Source of the DNA: Eledone cirrhosa
Lineage: Eukaryota
DNA: 64,000 bases
Direction: 5' to 3'
Assembly: GCA_964016885.1 (NCBI GenBank)
Contig: OZ024743.1
Location: 235,972,001 to 236,036,000 of the forward strand
This document shows positions 12,231-25,720 of the stretch, piece by piece. The stretch's first letter is position 1. Each line of letters starts with the position of its first letter. Made by a program: the position numbers and the translations under genes. The notes below the pieces were generated by a model that saw only the letters and a program-made list of their open reading frames with translations, was not told the origin of the DNA and searched no databases.

Positions 12231-13156
12231 CTTCCAGGGTCATTATGGTCGCTGTGCAGCCCATTTCCACAAGGACTCTTGACACCTTCCACCCCACCAG
12301 AACCTCCACTATGGGCAACAACAGCAAGAGCACCTCTACTTACTTACAGTCCAGTAGCCAGCCTATTTACACCGGTAACCAATTTGTTTGGGCTCCAACT
12401 CCTTACAGTCCCAGAACTGGCCTTTAAATGATCGTGGCTATTGTCTCATCATCATCCTTGTAGATCACCGCCTCCTACTGCAGGCTTCCATGGATGTTAA
12501 AGTCACAGCTGTCCTCCCGTTATATCGTCTCAACACACCAGCTTCCGTGATTACTTTGCTCATCCTAGCCTGTCAGCTGTGTCACATTTTCCAGTAAATC
12601 TAGAAAGTGTGTTCAATCTTCCAGTTCCCGTCGCATACTCGTCCACTTGCTCTAACACCATTCCTAGTTTGGTAAACGCAGCGTATGGAATCAGTGGAAG
12701 AATAGAAGAATACCATTCCTAGCTTCGAAATCTAGCAATAAAACTTCACCAAACATATTTTAAGGGAAATAACTTTCATTAAACAAATTTATGAGTCTTC
12801 AAAGGGAGGCAACTCTCCAAGTATTTTAAATATTTTACTATAAGTTTCGTGGTCTTGTAAAAGAAATATTCGATGTTGTTGGACCTCCGTCGGTTTCGAG
12901 GACGAGCGTTACAGTTTGAACCGCTAAACAGCCTACTCATGAAAGTAACATTAGGTGGCCGAGTATCGCGCAGACAATTGTACTCAATGTTGTCCGGAAG
13001 GGGATTCAACGTGACAATGTGTCACAGCTGCCGTCTTTGAACAAGAGATTACTCTTTTCCAGTTGACTGGAGTGAAATGAAATAGTCTCTTTTTCAAGAA
13101 CACAATGTGACGTTGAGAATCAAATACCAGAACCTCCAAGCTTTACTTACAATAAT

Positions 13157-13270
13157 AATTGTTTCTACTTTAGGCACAAGGCCAACAATTACCCAGTGCA
13201 TTATTGGTACTTTATTTTATCGACAAAGTAAGGATGAAAGGCAAAGTCAACCTCGGCGGGATTTGAACTC
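13157..13270 (-). mobile_element. SINE family A copy
   Basis: Reverse complement of 5503-5622. Confidence 0.85.
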
Positions 13271-13652
13271 CAAAATTACATAGAGACATTCAAAATGAAA
13301 TACTTGAAATTGGTGACTCTGTAACGATTGTGTTATATATCTTCTCCGTTACCTACATATTCCTGAGAGGGTCGTGGGGGCCGAGACCGCCAACACTCCT
13401 TCCAACGGGTCCTGTCAGAAGCAACCGCCCTCAGTTGGATCCCTCAGTGTGGCTAGCCAAACTCATGTATCATATATTATTGAGAAGACTTTATTATTAA
13501 TAATTCTAAGATTAGCTGCCGAAAATACTTAGGAAAGATCTCGTTAACAAAACTGATAACCGCCTCTGACTCTACGATACGAAACTGTGTAGTGTTTCTA
13601 TATTTATCTAAAAATCTTTCGTTATAATCTTATGTAAGAACATTTGTTAAAC

Positions 13653-13775
13653 TACTCCCAGGTCTCGAATATGTAAACTAAACGACTAATTCTGGTTAAA
13701 AGAAAAATCAAATGAGACAACCTAGAAAAATTACGATCTCCAACTCTCCGCTCTATTATTTGGGACCCGAGAGTA
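13653..13775. mobile_element. Small MITE with TA-terminated inverted repeats; second copy at about 15490-15630
   Basis: tactcccaggtctcgaata ... tatttgggacccgagagta; internal aatatgtaaactaaacgactaattctgg is shared with 15499-15530. Confidence 0.65.
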
Positions 13776-13949
13776 TATTCCAAACACCCGCTTAATAACG
13801 ACAAAGTTAAATATTAATAAACCCCTACAAATTCTTTTTTTTTTCAAATCTGTCTGAAATTCATAAATGTCGTTCGTTAAAAATATGGTAACGAAATATT
13901 TAACAATGTTAGATTTTCTGTAAATATTAGTTTTATTTTATTAAATAAC

Positions 13950-14350
13950 GTTACAAATGGGAGTGAAAATATAAACACACATGATATATACAAAGCATAT
14001 AAATAAATTTACAGTAGAATAACATAACAAATATGTTTTAAATATATACATAAATAACATTACAAATGCTTAGATAACAATATAAATTGCTCGCGATTCT
14101 TTCAGAAACATATATTCCTTTAATGTTGCAATATTAAAGAAAATGTAAAGGAAGGGGTGGACAACGGAGCCAACACCAGAGCAAAAGACAGCAGCGAGGG
14201 GGTACTGAGCAACCTCTCTAATGATTTTTGAGGCAAGCCAGCACACTCGCAGTGTTACCTCGGGTGACGGCGAGGCTAATGCGCTGGAACAACCAAGCGC
14301 CCCCGCGAGATTCGCCAGTTACCTCGGGTGATGACCAGGCTAATGCGCTG
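13950..14350 (-). repeat. Dispersed repeat; inverse copy at about 42772-43060 inside a Helitron
   Basis: 14150-14285 is the reverse complement of 42775-42910 (tcacccgagg...gctggcttgcctcaaaa...tttgctctggtgttggctccgttg). Confidence 0.8.
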
Positions 14351-14718
14351 TAAATTAGGATTGATTTCTTAGAATGATGAGAAAGATTTATAATATAGAC
14401 GCAGTCATGGCAGCTCAGGTGTTAAAGAGTTTCGTATCTACTGACACTCGGGGTAAATGTCTTTTATTGTCTTGTGTTGATACCACATGAGTGAAGATGT
14501 GTGGGGGGAAAGGGTAGAAGCCGCCGTATTTACACGCTTATGAATGTGTCTGAGTGTGTGTGTGGTGCTATTGGTGTGTGTATGTGTATTGTGTGTGTGG
14601 TGTGTGCGTACGAGAAATATTTCTACAAAACCCTTTTACACTTGAGTGAAAACACGAGTTTCCCAGAATAAATTATTGAAAAACACAACGTTACTAATAA
14701 CGTTATTTCTATGGTGGA

Positions 14719-14898
14719 TTGGCAGTATCGGTAGAGGGTCGGACGCCATGCTTTCCAGCATAGTTACGTCCCTTTACGATCTGAGTTCAAATCCCGCCGA
14801 GGTTGACTTTGCCTTTCATCCTTACGGGTCGATAAAATAAAGAACCAGTGATGCACTGGGTTATTGCTGGCCTTGTGCCTAAAGTAGAAACAATTATT
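14719..14898 (+). mobile_element. SINE family A, full-length copy
   Basis: A-box-like TGGCAGTATCGGTAGAG and B-box GAGTTCAAATC. Confidence 0.88.
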
Positions 14899-15269
14899 TC
14901 TAAATTGATCTAATAATAATATTTCTCTATTTAATCCGATAGTACCTACCAACAACTAAGTAAAATAGAGAACAAGCGAAAATATGACTATGGAAGTTAC
15001 CTCCCTTACTCCATGTAAATCACAGTAAGTTATTTAAATTTGTTCACAAATTTTATGGAATTCTCGGGTCTCCAGCAATGTCACTCTCTCCCTCCGCTTA
15101 TTAATTTTTCAGATTGTTCTACCCCCTGTTCCCCGCTCTTATTCTCCCGACACCACCAATTATTAAATTTTGCTAATCTATCTCTATTTTAAGTGGTAGC
15201 ATTCCTGCAACAATTAATTTTCTTTAGACATTAAAAAACATTATAATTACTAAAAAAAGTACATTACTA

Positions 15270-15452
15270 GAAGCAGAATCTGTGGAGCGTTGGACACCAT
15301 ACTTTGTAGCAAAGAGTTATGGTTCTTTACGTTCTGAGTTCAAATCCCGCCGAGGTTCACTTTGCCTTTCATCCTTGTGGGGTAGACAAAATAAAGTACC
15401 AGTAATGCACTGGCGTAATTGCTGGCCTTGTGCCAAAAGTAGAAACAATTAT
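15270..15452 (+). mobile_element. SINE family A copy
   Basis: Same body sequence as 14719-14898. Confidence 0.85.
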
Positions 15453-15732
15453 TAGAAATCCCACATGTTATAAAATAAATAGGATGGGTTGGGGTCTCAA
15501 TATGTAAACTAAACGACTAATTCTGGTTTTTAAAAACAAATCAACGGAGACAACCTAGAAAAATTACCGATCCCCCACCCCCACCGCTGGTGCCAACACT
15601 TCCCTTCTCCCTATGGGGACCCGAGAGTACTTCAATAGATTCTGGTGATTGGTTAACAGTCAAATAATTTATAAACTATTTTTTATACAAAAGTAACACT
15701 GAACATATAAGAAGGTAAATTACAGCTGCCTC

Positions 15733-18700
15733 AGATAGACCATCATGACTACATGGCGTGTGTTACAGACAGACCATCATGACTACATGGTGTGTGCTAC
15801 AGACAGACCATCATGACTACATGGCGTGTGTTACAGACAGACCATCATGACTACATGGTGTGTGTTACAGACAGACCATCTTGACTACATTGCGTGTGCT
15901 ACAGACAGACCATCATGACTACATGGTGGGTCCTACAGACAGACCATCATGACTACATGGTGTGTGTTACAGACAGACCATCATGACTACATGGTGTGTG
16001 TTACAGACAGACCACCTTGACTACATGGCTTGTGCTACAACAGACCATCTTGACTACATGGTGTGTGTTACAGACAGACCATCTTGACTACATGGTGTGT
16101 GCTACAGACAGACCATCTTGACTACATGGCTTGTGCTACAACAGACCATCTTGACTACATGGTGTTTCCTACAGACAGACCATCTTGACTACATAGCTTG
16201 TGCTACAACAGACCATCTTGACTACATGGCGTGTGCTACAGACAGACCATCATGACTACATGGCGTGTTACAGACAGACCATCATGACTAAATGGTGTGT
16301 TCTACAGACATACCATCTTGACTACATGGTGTGTGCTACAGACAGACCATCTTGACTACATGGCGTGTGCTACAGACAGACCGTCTTGACTACATGGCTT
16401 GTGCTACAACAGACCATCTTGACTACATGGTGTGTGCTACAGACAGACCATCTTGACTACATGGCTTGTGCTACAACAGACCATCTTGACTACATGGCGT
16501 GTGCTACAGACAGACCGTCTTGACTACATGGCTTGTGCTACAACAGACCATCTTGACTACATGGCGTGTGCTACAGACAGACCGTCTTGACTACATGGCG
16601 TGTGCTACAGACAGACCATCTTGACTACATGGCGTGTCCTACAGACAGACCATGATTACATGGTGTGTCCTACAGACAGACCATCTTGACTACATGGCAT
16701 GTGCTACAGATAGACCATCTTGACTATATGGTGTGTGCTACAGACAGACCGTCTTGACTACATGGCGTGTGCTACAGACAGACCATCATGACTACATGGT
16801 GTGTCCTACAGACAGACCATCTTGACTACATGGTGTGTGCTACAGACAGACCATCTTGACTACATGGTGTGTGCTACAGACAGACCGTCTTGACTACATG
16901 GTGTGTGCTACAGACAGACCATGTTGACTACATGGCGTGTGCTACAGACAGACCATGTTGACTACATGGCGTGTGCTACAGACAGACCATGTTGACTACA
17001 TGGTGTGTCCTACAGACAGACCATGACTACATGGTGTGTCCTACAGACAAACCATCTTGACTACATGGTGTGTGCTACAGGCAGACCATCTTGACTACAT
17101 GGTGTGTGCTACAGACAGACCATCATGACTACATGGCGTGTGCTACAGATAGACCATCTTGACTACATGGTGTGTGCTACAGACAGACCGTCTTGACTAC
17201 ATGGCGTGTGCTACAGACAGACCATCATGACTACATGGTGTGTCCTACAGACAGACCATGACTACATGGTGTGTCCTACAGACAGACCATCTTGACTACA
17301 TGGTGTGTGCTACAGACAGACCATCTTGACTACATGGTGTGTGCTACAGACAGACCGTCTTGACTACATGGTGTGTGCTACAGACAGACCATGTTGACTA
17401 CATGGCGTGTGCTACAGACAGACCATGTTGACTACATGGCGTGTGCTACAGACAGACCATGTTGACTACATGGTGTGTCCTACAGACAGACCATGACTAC
17501 ATGGTGTGTCCTACAGACAGACCATCTTGACTACATGGTGTGTGCTACAGACAGACCATCTTGACTACATGGTGTGTGCTACAGACAGACCATCTTGACT
17601 ACATGGTGTGTGCTACAACAGACCATCTTGACTACATGGTGTGTGCTACAGAATACCATCTTGACTACATGGCGTGTGCTACAGACAGACCATCATGACT
17701 ACATGGCTTGTGCTACAGACAGACCATCATGACTACATGGTGTGTCCTACAGACAGACCATGACTACATGGTGTGTCCTACAGACAGACCATCTTGACTA
17801 CATGGTGTGTGCTACAGACAGACCATCTTGACTACATGGTGTGTGCTACAGACAGACCATCTTGACTACATGGCTTGTGCTACAGACAGACCATCTTGAC
17901 TACATGGTGTGTGCTACAGACAGACCATGTTGACTACATGGCGTGTGCTACAGACAGACCATGTTGACTACATGGAGTGTGCTACAACAGACCATCTTGA
18001 CTACATGGTGTGTGCTACAGACAGACCATCTTGACTACATGGCTTGTGCTACAACAGACCGTCTTGACTACATGGCGTGTGCTACAGACAGACCGTCTTG
18101 ACTACATGGCTTGTGCTACAACAGACCATCTTGACTACATGGCGTGTGCTACAGACAGACCGTCTTGACTACATGGCGTGTGCTACAGACAGACCATCTT
18201 GACTACATGGCGTGTCCTACAGACAGACCATGATTACATGGTGTGTCCTACAGACAGACCATCTTGATTACATGGCATGTGCTACAGATAGACCATCTTG
18301 ACTACATGGTGTGTGCTACAGACAGACCGTCTTGACTACATGGCGTGTGCTACAGACAGACCATCATGACTACATGGTGTGTCCTACAGACAGACCATGA
18401 CTACATGGTGTGTCCTACAGACAGACCATCTTGACTACATGGTGTGTGCTACAGACAGACCATCTTGACTACATGGTGTGTGCTACAGACAGGCCGTCTT
18501 GACTACATGGTGTGTGCTACAGACAGACCATGTTGACTACATGGCGTGTGCTACAGACAGACCATGTTGACTACATGGCGTGTGCTACAGACAGACCATG
18601 TTGACATGGTGTGTCCTACAGACAGACCATGACTACATGGTGTGTCCTACAGACAAACCATCTTGACTACATGGTGTGTGCTACAGGCAGACCATCTTGA

Positions 18701-21700
18701 CTACATGGTGTGTGCTACAGACAGACCATCATGACTACATGGCGTGTGCTACAGATAGACCATCTTGACTACATGGTGTGTGCTACAGACAGACCGTCTT
18801 GACTACATGGCGTGTGCTACAGACAGACCATCATGACTACATGGTGTGTCCTACAGACAGACCATGACTACATGGTGTGTCCCACAGACAGACCATCTTG
18901 ACTACATGGTGTGTGCTACAGACAGACCATCTTGACTACATGGTGTGTGCTACAGACAGACCGTCTTGACTACATGGTGTGTGCTACAGACAGACCATGT
19001 TGACTACATGGCGTGTGCTACAGACAGACCATCTTGACTACATGGCGTGTGCTACAGACAGACCATGTTGACTACATGGTGTGTCCTACAGACAGACCAT
19101 GACTACATGGTGTGTCCTACAGACAGACCATCTTGACTACATGGTGTGTGCTACAGACAGACCATCTTGACTACATGGTGTGTGCTACAGACAGACCATC
19201 TTGACTACATGGTGTGTGCTACAACAGACCATCTTGACTACATGGTGTGTGCTACAGAATACCATCTTGACTACATGGCGTGTGCTACAGACAGACCATC
19301 ATGACTACATGGCTTGTGCTACAGACAGACCATCATGACTACATGGTGTGTCCTACAGACAGACCATGACTACATGGTGTGTCCTACAGACAAACCATCT
19401 TGACTACATGGTGTGTGCTATAGACAGACCATCTTGACTACATGGTGTGTGCTACAGACAGACCATCTTGACTACATGGCTTGTGCTACAGACAGACCAT
19501 CTTGACTACATGGTGTGTGCTACAGACAGACCATGTTGACTACATGGCGTGTGCTACAGACAGACCATGTTGACTACATGGAGTGTGCTACAGACAGACC
19601 ATCATGACTACATGGTGTGTCCTACAGACAGACCATCTTGACTACATGGTGTGTGCTCCAGGCAGACCATCTTGACTACATGGCGTGTGCTACAGACAGA
19701 CCATCATGACTACATGGTGTGTCCTACAGACAGACCATCTTGACTACATGGCGTGTGCTACAGACAGACCATCTTGACTACATGGTGTGTGCTACAGACA
19801 GACTATCATGACTACATGGCGTGTGTTACAGAAAGACCATCATGACTACATGGCGTGTGTTACAGACAGACCATCATGAATACATGGTGTGTCCTACAGA
19901 CAGACCATCTTGACTACATGGCGTGTGCTACAGACAGACCATCTTGACTACATGGTGTGTGCTACAGACAGACCATCTTGACTACATGGCTTGTGCTACA
20001 GACAGACCATCTTGACTACATGGTGTGTGCTACAGACAGACCATGTTGACTACATGGCGTGTGCTACAGACAGACCATGTTGACTACATGGAGTGTGCTA
20101 CAGACAGACCATCATGACTACATGGTGTGTCCTACAGACAGACCATCTTGACTACATGGTGTGTGCTCCAGGCAGACCATCTTGACTACATGGCGTGTGC
20201 TACAGACAGACCATCATGACTACATGGTGTGTCCTACAGACAGACCATCTTGACTACATGGCGTGTGCTACAGACAGACCATCTTGACTACATGGTGTGT
20301 GCTACAGACAGACTATCATGACTACATGGCGTGTGTTACAGAAAGACCATCATGACTACATGGCGTGTGTTACAGACAGACCATCATGAATACATGGTGT
20401 GTCCTACAGACAGACCATCTTGACTACATGGCGTGTGCTACAGACAGACCATGTTGACTACATGGCGTGTGCTACAGACAGACCATGTTGACTACATGGT
20501 GTGTGCTACAGACAGACCATCTTGACTACATGGCGTGTGCTACAGACAGACATTCTTGACTACATGGTGTGTGCTACAGACAGACCATCTTGATTGACTA
20601 CATGGCGTGTGCTACAGACAGACCATCTTGACTACATGGCGTGTGCTACAGACAGACCATCATGACTACATGGTGTGTCCTACAGACAGACCATCTTGAC
20701 TACATGGTGTGTGCTACAGACAGACCATCTTGACTACATGGCGTGTGCTACAGACAGACCATCTTGACTACATGGTGTGTGCTACAGACAGACCATCATG
20801 ACTACATGGTGTGTCCTACAGACACCATCTTGACTACATGGTGTGTGCTACAGACAGACCATCTTGACTACATGGCGTGTGCTACAGACAGACCATCATG
20901 ACCACATGGTGTGTCCTACAGACAGACCATCTTGACTACATGGTGTGTGCTACAGAATACCATCTTGACTACATGGTGTGTGCTACAGACAGACCATCTT
21001 GACTACATGGTGTGTGCTACAGAATACCATCTTGACTACATGGTGTGTCCTACAGACAGACCATCTTGACTACATGGTGAGTGCTACAGACAGACCATCA
21101 TGACTACATGGTGTGTGCTACAGACAGACCATCTTGACTACATGGTGAGTGCTACAGATAGACCATCATGACTACATGGCGTGTGCTACAGACAGACCAT
21201 CATGACTACATGGTGTGTCCTACAGACAGACCATCTTGACTACATGGTGAGTGCTACAGACAGACCATCATGAATACATGGCGTGTGCTACAGACAGACC
21301 ATCATGACTACATGGTGTGTCCTACAGACAGACCTTCTTGACTACATGGTGTGTGCTACAGACAGACCATCATGACTACATGGCGTGTGCTACAGACAGA
21401 CCATCTTGACTACATGGTGTGTGCTACAGACAGACCATCATGACTACATGGCGTGTGCTACAGACAGACCATCTTGACTACATGGTGTGTGCTACAGACA
21501 GACCATCTTGACTACATGCTGTGTGCTACAGACAGACCATCTTGACTACATGGTGTGTGCTACAGACAGACTATCATGACTACATGGCGTGTGTTACAGA
21601 CAGACCATCATGACTACATGGTGTCCTACAGACAGACCATCTTGACTACATGGTGTGTGCTACAGACAGACCATCATGACTACATGGTGTGTGTTACAGA

Positions 21701-22640
21701 CAGACCATCATGACTACATGGTGGGTCCTACAGACAGACCATCATGACTACATGGCGTGTGTTACAGACAGACCATCATGACTACATGGTGTGTGCTACA
21801 GACAGACCATCTTGACTACATGGTGGGTCCTACAGACAGACCATCATGACTACATGGCGTGTGTTACAGACAGACCATCATGACTACATGGTGTGTGCTA
21901 CAGACAGACCATCATGACTACATGGTGTGTGTTACAGACAGACCATCATGACTACATGGCGTGTGTTACAGACAGACCATCATGACTACATGGTGTCCTA
22001 CAGACAGACCATCTTGACTACATGGTGTGTGCTACAGACAGACCATCATGACTACATGGTGTGTTACAGACAGACCATCATGACTACATGGTGTGTGCTA
22101 CAGACAGACCATCTTGACTACATGGTGTGTGCTACAACAGACCATCTTGACTACATGGTGTGTGCTACAGACAGACCATCATGACTACATGGCGTGTGTT
22201 ACAGACAGACCATCATGACTACATGGTGTGTGCTACAGACAGACCATCTTGACTACATGGTGTGTGCTACAGACAGACCATCTTGACTACATGGTGGGTC
22301 CTACAGACAGACCATCATGACTACATGGCGTGTGCTACAGACAGACCATCTTGACTACATGGTGTGTCCTACAGACAGACCATCATGACTACATGGTGTG
22401 TCCTACAGACAGACCATCTTGACTACATGGCTTGTGCTACAGACAGACCATCTTGACTACATGGCTTGTGCTACAGACAGACCATCTTGACTACATGGTG
22501 TGTGCTACAGACAGACCATCTTGACTACATGGCATGTGCTACAGACAGACCATATTGACTACATGGTGTGTGCTACAGACAGACCATCGTGACTACATGG
22601 CTTGTGCTACAGACAGACCGTCTTGACTACATGGCGTGTG
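15733..22640. repeat. 34-bp satellite array, 6.9 kb, about 200 units, with higher-order blocks
   Basis: Unit cagacagaccatcttgactacatggtgtgtgcta with 31- and 32-bp deletion variants. Confidence 0.98.
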
Positions 22641-22739
22641 CATTTGTACACACATACATGTGTGTGTGTGTAACCATATATATAATTGCAGTCACACACA
22701 TGTATACACACACACACACACACACACACATACACAATT

Positions 22740-22875
22740 TTTCATTCCATCATCTGACGAAGGACTAGCATCTGAAACGTGGAGACACTTTTCCAATTAT
22801 ATCAAGCATGAAACTAATATATTTCTTCATTGCTCTGTGTCATTTGCTTTATTTCTGCTGTTTGCCTTTCACATT
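22740..22875 (+). mobile_element. Penelope-like pseudo-LTR remnant with a degenerate hammerhead core
   Basis: CTGACGA-aggactagcatct-GAAACG at about 22754-22779; related decayed copy on the minus strand at about 9740-9770. Confidence 0.45.
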
Positions 22876-22887
22876 ATATATATATAT

Positions 22888-24048
22888 ATGCTCAGTGTCT
22901 AGGAAAGGAGTAGGTAGAAACTCCATTTTATGTCCCAAATGCAAAGTATGGGTGCATAAAAGATGTAGTGGGATCACAGGTAAGCTAACTAAGAATATAG
23001 ATTATATATGTGGCCGGTGCTCTGGTGCAATAAGTAGCAGCAAGTGCCCACAGAATACTAGCTCATTCCATTGCACAGATGGTTCTATAGAAATAGTGGA
23101 CACCTTCCGTTACTTGGGTGACAAAATCAGCAGTGGTGGAGGGTGCTCTGAAAGTACAGTAGTTAGAGTCAGAACTGATGGAAAAAGTTCAGAGAGCTTA
23201 TACCACTATTGGCCGCTAAAGGGTTCTCTCTAAAAATGAAAGGCAGGCTGTTTGATGCCTACATACGAACAGCAATGTTACATGGCAGTGAGACCTGGGC
23301 ATTGTGTGCAGAGGATATACGCAGACTAGAGAGGAACGAAGCTTGCATGCTCCGCTGGATGTGTAATAGTAATATACGTGAACGGCAAAGCATAAACGAA
23401 CTAAGGGAAAAATTAGAAATAAGAGGGATCAGATGTTGTTTACTCGAGAGAAGGCTACGTTGGTATGGTCACGTGATGCGCATGAAAGACGACAGCTGTA
23501 TAAAAAAGTACAGGGCAATAAAAATAGACGGTAGCCACGGAGTAGGCAGACCCAGAAAAACCTGGGACGACTTGATAAATTCCGACCTCACACACTTACA
23601 CCTCTCCAAGACAATGTCACTGGACCGAGATCTTTGGTGCTACACAGTAATAGAGAAGACCCGCCTTACCTAAGTACAAAGTGAAACCTACTACAGTCAG
23701 TAGGCACCTCTAACAAAAATACCCCCCCCCCCATCCACACCACCCCTTTCAATGTAAAGTTATGTTGGTACCACAACACCCAGTCCGAAACAAATGAGGT
23801 CGTGTAGGTGTCACGACAAAAAAACACAGTCCACGCTGTAATGTGGCCGTGTAGGTAACACGGTAAAAACCTCCCAGTTCCACACTGTAAACGTGGTTGG
23901 TGTTAGGAAGGGCATCCAGCCGTAGAAAACCCGCCAGACAGTCCTATGCGAGCAAGACAACCACTCTTGCCTCAAGTAGGAAAACTCTCGTCCAAACCCA
24001 TGCAAGCGTGGAAGATGGACGTTAAACGATGATGATGATGATGATGAT
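22888..24048 (+). mobile_element. 5'-truncated RTE LINE (PHD finger, RT C-terminus, 3' UTR)
   Basis: ILCPKCKVWVHKRC, FRYLG, AMLHGSETW, RRLRWYGHVMR, GRPRKTW; (GAT)n tail; (TA)n on both sides. Confidence 0.93.
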
Positions 24049-24289
24049 ATATATATATATATATATAGTCCAGAAATAGCCGTCGAAACGGCTTGAGCTC
24101 TGCCGTCGGGGTCATACATTTTCCTATTACCCAAGTACTCTGGTGCATTATGGTCCATCTGGTTCCTTACCACAACTCCTTTGTTATATATATAAACATT
24201 CGCGTGTCGGCGCACATGTATTGTAATATTCAGTAAAGGATATGTGTTAGTCACTTGTAAAGGTTAAGTAATACAGGGAGGAGCCATAC

Positions 24290-24575
24290 CCAATAACTGA
24301 CATAGCGGTAGTCACACCAATGACTGACATAGCGGTAGTCACACCAATGACTGACATAGCGGTAGTCACACCAATGACTGACATAGCGGTAGTCACACCA
24401 ATGACTGACATAGCGGTAGTCGCACCAATGACTGACATAGCGGTAGTCACACCAATAACTGACATAGCGGTAGTCACACCAATAACTGACATAGTGGTAG
24501 TCACACCAATAACTGACATAGTGGTAGTCACACCAATAACTGACATAGCGGTAGTGACGCCAATAACTGATATAG
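24290..24575. repeat. 27-bp minisatellite (about 10 units)
   Basis: Unit caataactgacatagcggtagtcacac. Confidence 0.95.
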
Positions 24576-24608
24576 CAGTATCATCATCCTCATATCTGCC
24601 ATAAATAC
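24290..24608 (-). CDS. Candidate exon of an unidentified gene: (G/R)IYGRYEDDDTAISVIG(VTTAMSVIG)n
   Basis: Acceptor tgtgtcattctttccag, frame open through the 27-bp repeat, donor GG|gtatgg. No homology recognised. Confidence 0.3.
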
Positions 24609-24876
24609 CTGGAAAGAATGACACAACAATCAAATTGGTGGACCAAATTGGAAAAATAAGAGAACTGTTCTAATTAATGAACCATTAATTAGTGATAACA
24701 TTATCTTAGATGTGACACAGTTTAGGTTTGTGCTAGGTACAATTGTATCTTATTTCTATTGTGACACCCACAGTAGTCCTTAGTTAAGGGCAGGCCACTA
24801 TACCAAGAATAAGGAGATATGTGAGACCAACTGGAAGTGACCAGGCCTGATGAGTAGAAGTAGGTAGGAACAACAT

Positions 24877-25058
24877 TTGCAGAATCGGTAGAGGGTCAGA
24901 CGCCATGCTTTGTAGCACAGTTACGTCCCTTTACGGACTGAGTTCAAATCCCGCCGAGGTTAACTTTGCATTTCATCCTTACGGGGTCAATAAAATAAAG
25001 TACCAGTAATGCACTGAGATAATTGCTGGCCTTGTGCCAAAAAGTAGAAACAATTATT
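24877..25058 (+). mobile_element. SINE family A copy
   Basis: A-box, B-box and body as in 14719-14898. Confidence 0.85.
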
Positions 25059-25074
25059 AAGTAATGTAACATAG

Positions 25075-25720
25075 TGTGAAAGAGATGCAGTGGAATGACA
25101 GGTAGGCTGACAGAGAAGATAGACTTCATATGTAGCAGAACCACAGAAGGTAGCGGGAACACCATCATATAAATTCTTTCAAATACTTTGAAGGCTCCGT
25201 AGAAATGGTTGACAGCTTCAGTTACCTTAGTAACCTGATTTACAATGGGGATGGGGGTGGTGGGGGATGATATTCTGCCAGAAAGAACACAAGAGTGTGA
25301 AAACATTCAGGAAGCTATTTACCCCTGCTAACAGCAACAGGATTCTTTATGAGAGTGAAGTTCAGATTATATGACACTTGTGTAGAGTAATACTGCAGGG
25401 TAGCCAAACAAGGGCATTGGATGACAAGGATGTGTCATGTTTTGTGAGGTGTGTCTTGTTAGGTGTGTAATGTTTTGTTAGGTGTGTAACACTTTGTAAG
25501 GTGTTTAATGTTTTGTTAGATGTGTAATTCTGGTACAGATGAACAATGGAACACAAATGATTTGGGAGAGAAAAAACTAGATTTAAGAGGAATTAATTGG
25601 AGTGTGTTCAAGTGAAGACTGAGCTGGTACAGACATGTGATGTTATATGGAGGATGGGAGTGTAGTTAAGAAATGTCAGGTGATTGGAGGAAACTTGAAG
25701 ACATGAGGTAAAGGGGGGGA
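25075..25720 (+). mobile_element. Old, degraded RTE fragment
   Basis: KRCSGMTGRLTEKIDFICSR and EMVDSFSYL resemble the younger RTE copies. Confidence 0.6.

Larger units (their letters stand above)
10130..12720 (-). mobile_element. Decayed Ty3/Gypsy-like LTR retrotransposon pol (protease-RT-RNase H); LTRs not identified
   Basis: Minus-strand hand translation gives protease-like LPIVEVLVGWKVSRVLVEMGC (about 12250-12320), RT KVRPVLDIGELN (about 11620), LAYLQLHVAEKLWKYQLV (about 11430-11490), YCLTRL..GLNSAPKI (about 10600-10650), ATNSYIDILV (about 10530), CGRLVYNYSIVGWL (about 10300) and RNase H WCDASSIVLG (about 10135-10165). Confidence 0.8.

Noticed and set aside
15733-22640. CRISPR-like array of about 34-bp repeats
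   Set aside because: Units are contiguous with no unique spacers, there are no cas genes and the context is eukaryotic; it is a satellite.
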